From Diplonema japonicum (taxonomy: Eukaryota; Protista; Euglenozoa: Diplonemea), in contig OZ025679.1 of assembly GCA_964019335.1 (NCBI GenBank), positions 124,001-188,000 of the forward strand: DNA of 64,000 nucleotides, read 5' to 3'. A model generated the notes under the pieces. That model was not told the origin of the DNA, made no database searches, and saw only the letters and a program-made list of their open reading frames with translations. The position numbers and the translations under genes were made by a program. The stretch's first letter is position 1. Every line of letters begins with the position of its first letter. Shown in pieces: positions 58,176 to 64,000 of this stretch.

Positions 58176-59045
58176 GAATGTTCCGTTCCAAAAAGCCTCT
58201 CTCCCACTCTTCGTTCTGGATGTGTACGTTTTTTTTTTTTTTTTTTTTTTTTTTCCTTTGTTTTTTTTAACCCCCCCTCCTCTATTGCCCAATTCACGCG
58301 GCAATAAAAACTAGGGAGTTCAAAAGGCAACGCATTTCTTTTTTCCATCCCACCAAAAGCCGACCAAGGGCAAATGCGATGCAAACGTGTGCGAAAATAA
58401 AACACGGAACAGTCGGGTGTCTAAGCGTTGTGCTTGGGACTGTGTTCGTCTTCATGGCTTGCGTGGTGATAGAAATGTTTGGCAGCGCGCATGACAGAGG
58501 CACAGGCGTCCATCTGCTGCAAGCAAACCCAGTTGTGGGGGCAGGCACTGCGCAAAGCAAGGAGACCTTGGATGGCTTCAATCAGCTCTTAATGAAAAAA
58601 CACCCTGCAAGTTGCTCTATTGCACAGCCACCTCTTTGGATCGCTGATTTCTTCAAGTCCGATCCTTTACCCACTGCCGTGAGCACCCTCCCCATTAGCC
58701 GTACCTTGCTGAACACCACCACTGTGCACACCCCTCTCTACACATCTTCTGCGCCGTTAAAATGGCGGACTTTCTCATACTACTGTAAATCTAATAACTT
58801 AACACCCGACTATCTCCACTGCTGGCCGCCTGTCCACGGGCTCCGACGCCACACAACTGTTTACAGCGTGATGATATGCTTGTAGAAGGCACGCGGGGGG
58901 GGATTAAAAAAAATAGAAAAAGTGCGCAGCACGTCCTGTCTAGTCTAGCATATTCTTTGTTGTTTCGTTTCATGTGCCCACTTCGTTACAGGCTGGGTTT
59001 TTTTTTTTAGAATGAGCCTGTAGAGGATTAATAGATAGATACGAC

Positions 59046-60468
59046 ATGTCCCGTCCTGTCCTGGGGTTGCCTAAAGGCCCCGGGCCCGTCGGTCCCAGGG
59101 GGTACCATGGAGGCCCCACCCCGCCTTCTTCGTCAAACGCGCCCCCTAAGCTGGTATGGTGTTTCTTGTTTGCTTTTAAGTACCGCAACGCAGCCGCACT
59201 CGCAACTGTACACTCCGTCGAGTAGGGGCAGCGGGCATGCTTACACCAGTGCGGTGCAGGCACAGCCGGTGGAGACGGAGGCACGAGGTAGGAGGAAGAC
59301 CGCAAGCGTGCCTCAGCAGTATGTGCAGCAGCCGGTCGGGCAACACGTCCCGCAAGCACAGCAATACCAGCAGTCGCAGCTTGTCGCGCAGCCTCAACCG
59401 ATGCAGCAACCACTTCTACTTCAACAACAACAATACGCGCAGCCTCAGCAGCAGCACATGCAGCCTCAGCAACAATACGCGCAGCCCCAGCAGCAGCACA
59501 TGCAGCCTCAGCAGCAATACGTGCAGCCCCAGCAGCAGCACATGCAGCCCCAGCAACAATACGCGCAGCCTCAGCAGCAGCACATGCAGCCTCAGCAGCA
59601 GCAATACGCGCAGCTTCAGCAGCAGCAAGCACAGTTTACTGCCACGCAGCCCACAGCACGACCACAGGTGGCGCTGCAGTCCGTTGCATCAAGTGGCTTG
59701 GCCGACATGTTAGGCGGCTCCGATGATGAGGTGTGTGCACAACTACAAAACAGAACCAACAGGATGATGACGAGTTCTTTGAAGTAGAGTCCCCAGAGCC
59801 TGAGAGGGAGCGTCCCGTGGTAGCACCCCAGGTTCAGGTTACCGTGCAACCAAAGCCAGAACCAACACAAGAAAGGGCCAAGCCGCAAGTGCAGATCCAG
59901 AAACCGGTGCAGAGGGAGGCACGGCCAAGCCACGTGGGTGAGCGGAGCGAGCCAAGAGCACCTGAGCAGGTGCGGAGCTTGTCGCCGAGGATCATGTCCC
60001 TGTCGCCTAGGCAGATGCGAGGTATGCACTGCAGCACAGCACGCAACGCACGCAGGTCAAAGGAAGCCCACAGTCAGCACCGCGACGTTCCAGCCCAACC
60101 TCGACAGAGCCCGGCAGCCGATGCAGCAGCTGTTCGGGAAGACCATCAACAGGTGCTCCAGTGCTACCTTCAAATCCAGCGTGCGGCGGGAATGCAAGTG
60201 GTTCGACAGAAAGAAAAAGGAAGAAGACAAGCGCAGCAACAGCACAGGTGTTAGCAGAGGCCGTGTCACCACATCGGAGAAGCTTCCTGTCAAGTCAACC
60301 TTCGAAGTGCGCGACCCACACAAGCCGAACGCACTATTCGTCTCGAAGGTACCAAGAGCCGCGTTCCTTGAAAAGGAGAACAGCTACATCCTGACAAGGG
60401 ACAGGCCCGTGGGGCGCGAGGCGTATTTGAAACAAGTAGAGACTGTGAATAGATTGACAAAGCGGTGA
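59046..60468 (+). CDS. Gln/Pro-rich low-complexity protein, ~438 aa. Introns 59154-59193, 59731-59762, 60022-60055
   Basis: Three GT-AG introns (40, 32, 34 nt) link four ORF segments in frame. 33-nt repeat encoding QPQQQHMQPQQQYA-like units. Confidence 0.7.
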
Positions 60469-60569
60469 AAGAAAAAAAAAATCTTTTTTTTGTATTCTGT
60501 AGTTTCTGTTTTTTTTTTTTTTTTTTTTCCCCCTTCCCCCATCCATTTTCTTTTTTTAGGGACAGAAAG

Positions 60570-61127
60570 ATGTTGGTGTTGGTGATAGCCGACTTATACA
60601 TCCCCCTGAGAGCGAAGGGGATGCCTGAGGAGCTTGGGAAGCTGCTGCAGAAAGATACGTATGATTTAGTGGTCTCGACGGGTAACTTGTGCGATAAGTC
60701 GGTGCATAGCTTTATGAAGAGCTTGGGGAAGACGAAGGTGATTGAGGGAGGCCACGACGACGTAAAAGATCTTCCTGAGATGGAGGAGGTGATGGCCGGG
60801 GAGCTTAAAATAGGAATAACACGAGAGACCGACTTTGAATCGTTGCTTGCGGCGCAGAGAAAGCTCGCTTGTGACATTGTTGTACACAAATCCTCATCAC
60901 ACACCTGCACCGCCATCTCCAAGAAGGGCCGGTTATATATCTGCCCTGGTTCCGGCACTGGTGCCTTCTCCCTCTCTCATCGAGATGTTATTCCTTCGTT
61001 CCTTGTCCTTGAGATAACAGGCACAGACGTCGCAGTCTTCCAGTATTCTTATGTCAATGAAACTCTTGAGGTGACTGGTAAAAATTTCACAATCGCAAGC
61101 CCGATGGGAGCCGCGGAGGAAGAATAA
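60570..61127 (+). CDS. VPS29: VPS29-like retromer subunit (divergent), 185 aa
   Basis: MLVLVIADLYIP..STGNLC..PGSGTGAF..PSFLVLEI colinear with VPS29. Confidence 0.8.
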   Translation: MLVLVIADLYIPLRAKGMPEELGKLLQKDTYDLVVSTGNLCDKSVHSFMKSLGKTKVIEGGHDDVKDLPEMEEVMAGELKIGITRETDFESLLAAQRKLACDIVVHKSSSHTCTAISKKGRLYICPGSGTGAFSLSHRDVIPSFLVLEITGTDVAVFQYSYVNETLEVTGKNFTIASPMGAAEEE

Positions 61128-61257
61128 TTAATAAAAAAAAGATTTTTTTTTTATGTGTGTTTTTCCTCTTTCCCGCTGCCCTTTTTTTTTTTTTTTTTGA
61201 AATTTTTATTTTCTCCATACCCTCGTGTGAACTATTTTTTTTTTCTCTTTCCTCGTC

Positions 61258-61297
<40 letters not shown>

Positions 61298-61449
61298 GGA
61301 AAGGTTCGTTGTGAAGTCGTTTTCTTCGTTTTTTTTTTATTTTTATTTTTTTATTATGTTCTAGTGTCGCCCTTTTTTATTTTTTATTTTTGAACCCACT
61401 CTACTCACCCCCCACCCCCGTTTTCTTCAGGAAAAAAAAAAAAAAAAAA

Positions 61450-62545
61450 ATGCCGGAACTACAATTCGCCTTCGGAACGTACAAAGGAGCAGTCGACGCG
61501 GAAGGCGTGCGACACGGCGAAGGGGAGCTGCTGTACCACAACGGGAACCACGTGAAAGGGGAATGGGTCAACGGCGGTCTGACCGGCAAGGGCACAAAAA
61601 CGTTTTCAAACGGCGATGTCTACGAAGGCGGCTTCAACGTGGGGAAGAAGGAGGGCACGGGCACATACACCTTCAAGAAAGGCGGCACCTACCAAGGCGG
61701 CTACATGGCCGATAAGCAACACGGACAAGGACAATGGTCCGGACACAACGGCGAAACCTACACAGGCTCCTACCACAACGGACTGCGGAACGGAACAGGC
61801 ACAGAAACCATCACAAAAGGCGAGCAACGAACCGTGTACACTGGTGAATGGGTGAGAGGCGAACGAGAAGGCAACGGCCGGCTAACACTAGAAGACGGCG
61901 CATACTGGGAGGGATCGTGGTCGAAGGGAAAACCACTAGAAGGGAAGCAATATACATCCAATGGGGAAGAGGTCAAACCAGGCGTGCCCGAAAACCAACA
62001 ACAACAACAACAACAACAACAACCCCCATCTGACCACCGTGAGATGGTAGAGGCTGTGCAAGCATTGGAATCATCAGAAGGTTCTCCTGAAGCAGAGGCG
62101 GTCCGGCAAAATCTCTTACAAGCTTTTCAGGGAATTGATGCGTTTGGTAAGAACATGGCCAACGGTCTTGCAAAGGCTACCTGTGGACTTGATGCTCTTG
62201 AGGCGCAGCTCGAAGACCTCTCTTCTGCTTTAGGTATCGAAGGCGATGACGATTTCACCATCCCTGCCCCTGCGGATGCTACTCTAGACTCTGCGCTTCA
62301 GGAGCTTTCGGATTTAGATATTTTGCGCGAACAGCAGACAGGGGGTGCCTTGAAGCAAGAAACGGCTTCTCTTGAAAACAGAGAGGACGTCGCAGGCGAT
62401 CCTGCTGTACTAGCCAGGCTTGATAATTTGAATTCTGATTTTTTAACGCAGGTATGATTATCACAACAAAAAAAAAAAAGTTTAAAAAAAAAAAAAGTTA
62501 AACTCCGCGGAAGACGAGCTTAGAAAAATACGGGCACGGAAGTGA
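61450..62545 (+). CDS. MORN-repeat protein with acidic coiled-coil tail, ~349 aa. Intron 62452-62497
   Basis: About 7 Y.G.W/F..G...G.G repeats. 46-nt intron gives terminus LNSAEDELRKIRARK*. Confidence 0.85.
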
Positions 62546-62824
62546 ATGCAAGATGTGATTAGGATTTAAATAAGAATACTAGATTATTATTATTTTTTTA
62601 CAAAAAAAAAAAAAGAAAAAATTACATTTTTGTTTTTGTTTAACCACCCCCCCTTCTCCCCCTTTTTATTAGGTTCTTCTTTTCTTTTTCTTCTTTCGGT
62701 TTTTTTAATCCTTTCCCCCATAACATTTAAAAAAAAACCCCTCAATTTATTTTCTTGATACCTCCATGCAAGCAAATGCGGGAAAAAAAAAAAAAAAAAA
62801 GGAACCCACCCCACCCCCATCCCA

Positions 62825-63781
62825 ATGCTTAGAATCGGGAGAATAATAATAACAGCATGTGTTATATCTGCGGCAACAGGATGTGAATACGAAATGACCT
62901 TCAGGAAAGAGACGACAGTGATAGAAAAAGAATGGGTGAAGAACGGCGGGGGTGAGGGGTGGGGGGTTGCAGCGTTGCGAAGCACAGGGTACGCACAGCT
63001 CAAAAGAAACGGGTGGGTCCACAAAGGGGAACTCCTACGGCTTACCGGTGAACCCACAGACATCACAGACGGTTGGGTTGGGTGCATGACCACTGAAAAC
63101 ATCAAAAACGGCATGGCGCTCACAGTGAAAACACACAATTTAAACCTCCAAAAAAAAACCCCCCACAGCCTCAGTATACCTGACAGCCTAAGCGTACAGT
63201 TTCACTCTTCCGAAATATGGAATTCGCATGTTTCTTGGGTTCCTCCAGGTCATGTTCTGATAGAAAAACTTAGAAAATCCGCGGTTTTTTTAACATTGGA
63301 CGTGGAAGGGGAAACATTACACGGTTTGGCCTTGAAGGTAAAGAGGAGCGAAGGGAAGGAAGGGAAAAACTTGGACTATTCCGCGGCACCAGCCACAGAG
63401 GAGAGGACCGAGACTCAAAAACCGCACAAAAACAAAAACCCAGCGAATAATCCCAACCACTCACGATACGCCCTTATCTCACAGAGCCTCGCTACAGGAT
63501 CGCTCGGCGCAGCGTTGCTGAGCATTATCCATTTCCAACCCAAGCCTATCAGGAACACCGTTCCCAGCACTGTTCTCTTCATCGTCTCTCCCATCGTCTC
63601 CTTGGACGTTTTCTCGATGATACTCTCCCAGTGGTCCTTTTTAGAAGGTGTTCCACGATGTGTTATTGCCGTCACGCTCTGCTTCGCAGGCTGGCATCTA
63701 AACAAACAGAATGCCTTCACCCCAGCGTACCTGTATATCCTTGCCGCCTTCATCATGTGGCAGGGAAACCCAAGATATTAG
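62825..63781 (+). CDS. Signal-peptide protein with C-terminal multi-TM region (318 aa), unknown
   Basis: N-terminal hydrophobic leader and ~4 C-terminal hydrophobic segments. Confidence 0.65.
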   Translation: MLRIGRIIITACVISAATGCEYEMTFRKETTVIEKEWVKNGGGEGWGVAALRSTGYAQLKRNGWVHKGELLRLTGEPTDITDGWVGCMTTENIKNGMALTVKTHNLNLQKKTPHSLSIPDSLSVQFHSSEIWNSHVSWVPPGHVLIEKLRKSAVFLTLDVEGETLHGLALKVKRSEGKEGKNLDYSAAPATEERTETQKPHKNKNPANNPNHSRYALISQSLATGSLGAALLSIIHFQPKPIRNTVPSTVLFIVSPIVSLDVFSMILSQWSFLEGVPRCVIAVTLCFAGWHLNKQNAFTPAYLYILAAFIMWQGNPRY

Positions 63782-63869
63782 ATTTTTCTTTTCTTTTGTT
63801 GATATTTTTATGTCGTTTTTTTTTTTTTTTTTTTTTTTTTTTCCCTTAAAAATAAGATTCATCTCAAAG

Positions 63870-64000
63870 ATGGTGTTCGGCGACGACGATGGTAATCAGA
63901 GAAGGAAGCGCAGGGTCCGTGCGAACAAAACCCCGTTACGCCTTAACTGCAAGAAATATATAGCAACGCATTCTGATGAAAAGGAAGGCGTGGAGCGCAC
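63870..64000 (+). CDS. Start of a further ORF, truncated by the window edge
   Basis: ATG after a poly-T/AG tract, frame open to the end. Confidence 0.4.
   Translation, partial: MVFGDDDGNQRRKRRVRANKTPLRLNCKKYIATHSDEKEGVER

Noticed and set aside
59154-59180. Shorter 27-nt intron using the taag acceptor
   Set aside because: Leads to an in-frame stop. The acceptor at 59193 restores the frame.

Overview
Eukaryotic protist DNA, most likely a euglenozoan and probably a diplonemid. This is inferred from about 24 co-oriented + strand genes in one directional cluster, polypyrimidine-AG sites before the ORFs, an amastin-like gene, and T/P-rich mucin-like surface proteins with PAN and CDDG-type Cys repeats. 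GC-rich exons are separated by homopolymer-rich spacers. Genes: two tandem PAN/mucin surface-protein paralogs, a degenerate kinesin ending in a CaaX box, a 3x cNMP-binding protein, two identical triple cold-shock-domain genes, a very divergent TBP-like factor, SmD3-like, a LamG/IQ protein, membrane proteins, a zinc-finger protein, LipB, a PP5-like phosphatase, a multicopper oxidase, a multi-GAF phosphodiesterase, amastin-like, a Q-rich protein, VPS29-like and a MORN protein. I inferred 21 distinct short GT-AG introns (32-89 nt) by frame restoration. They are mostly A-rich, mostly phase 0 and biased to gene 3' ends. Mobile DNA: a 5'-truncated LINE with an ~80-bp target-site duplication that copies a splice-acceptor-like tract, a decayed piggyBac plus a related MITE, a long-TIR Sola-like transposon, a TTAA foldback element carrying tRNA-like Pol III modules, and small MITEs. 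A repeated ~95-nt structured element with partial TPP-riboswitch-like architecture lies downstream of both cold-shock genes. All calls were made by eye; no searches were run.
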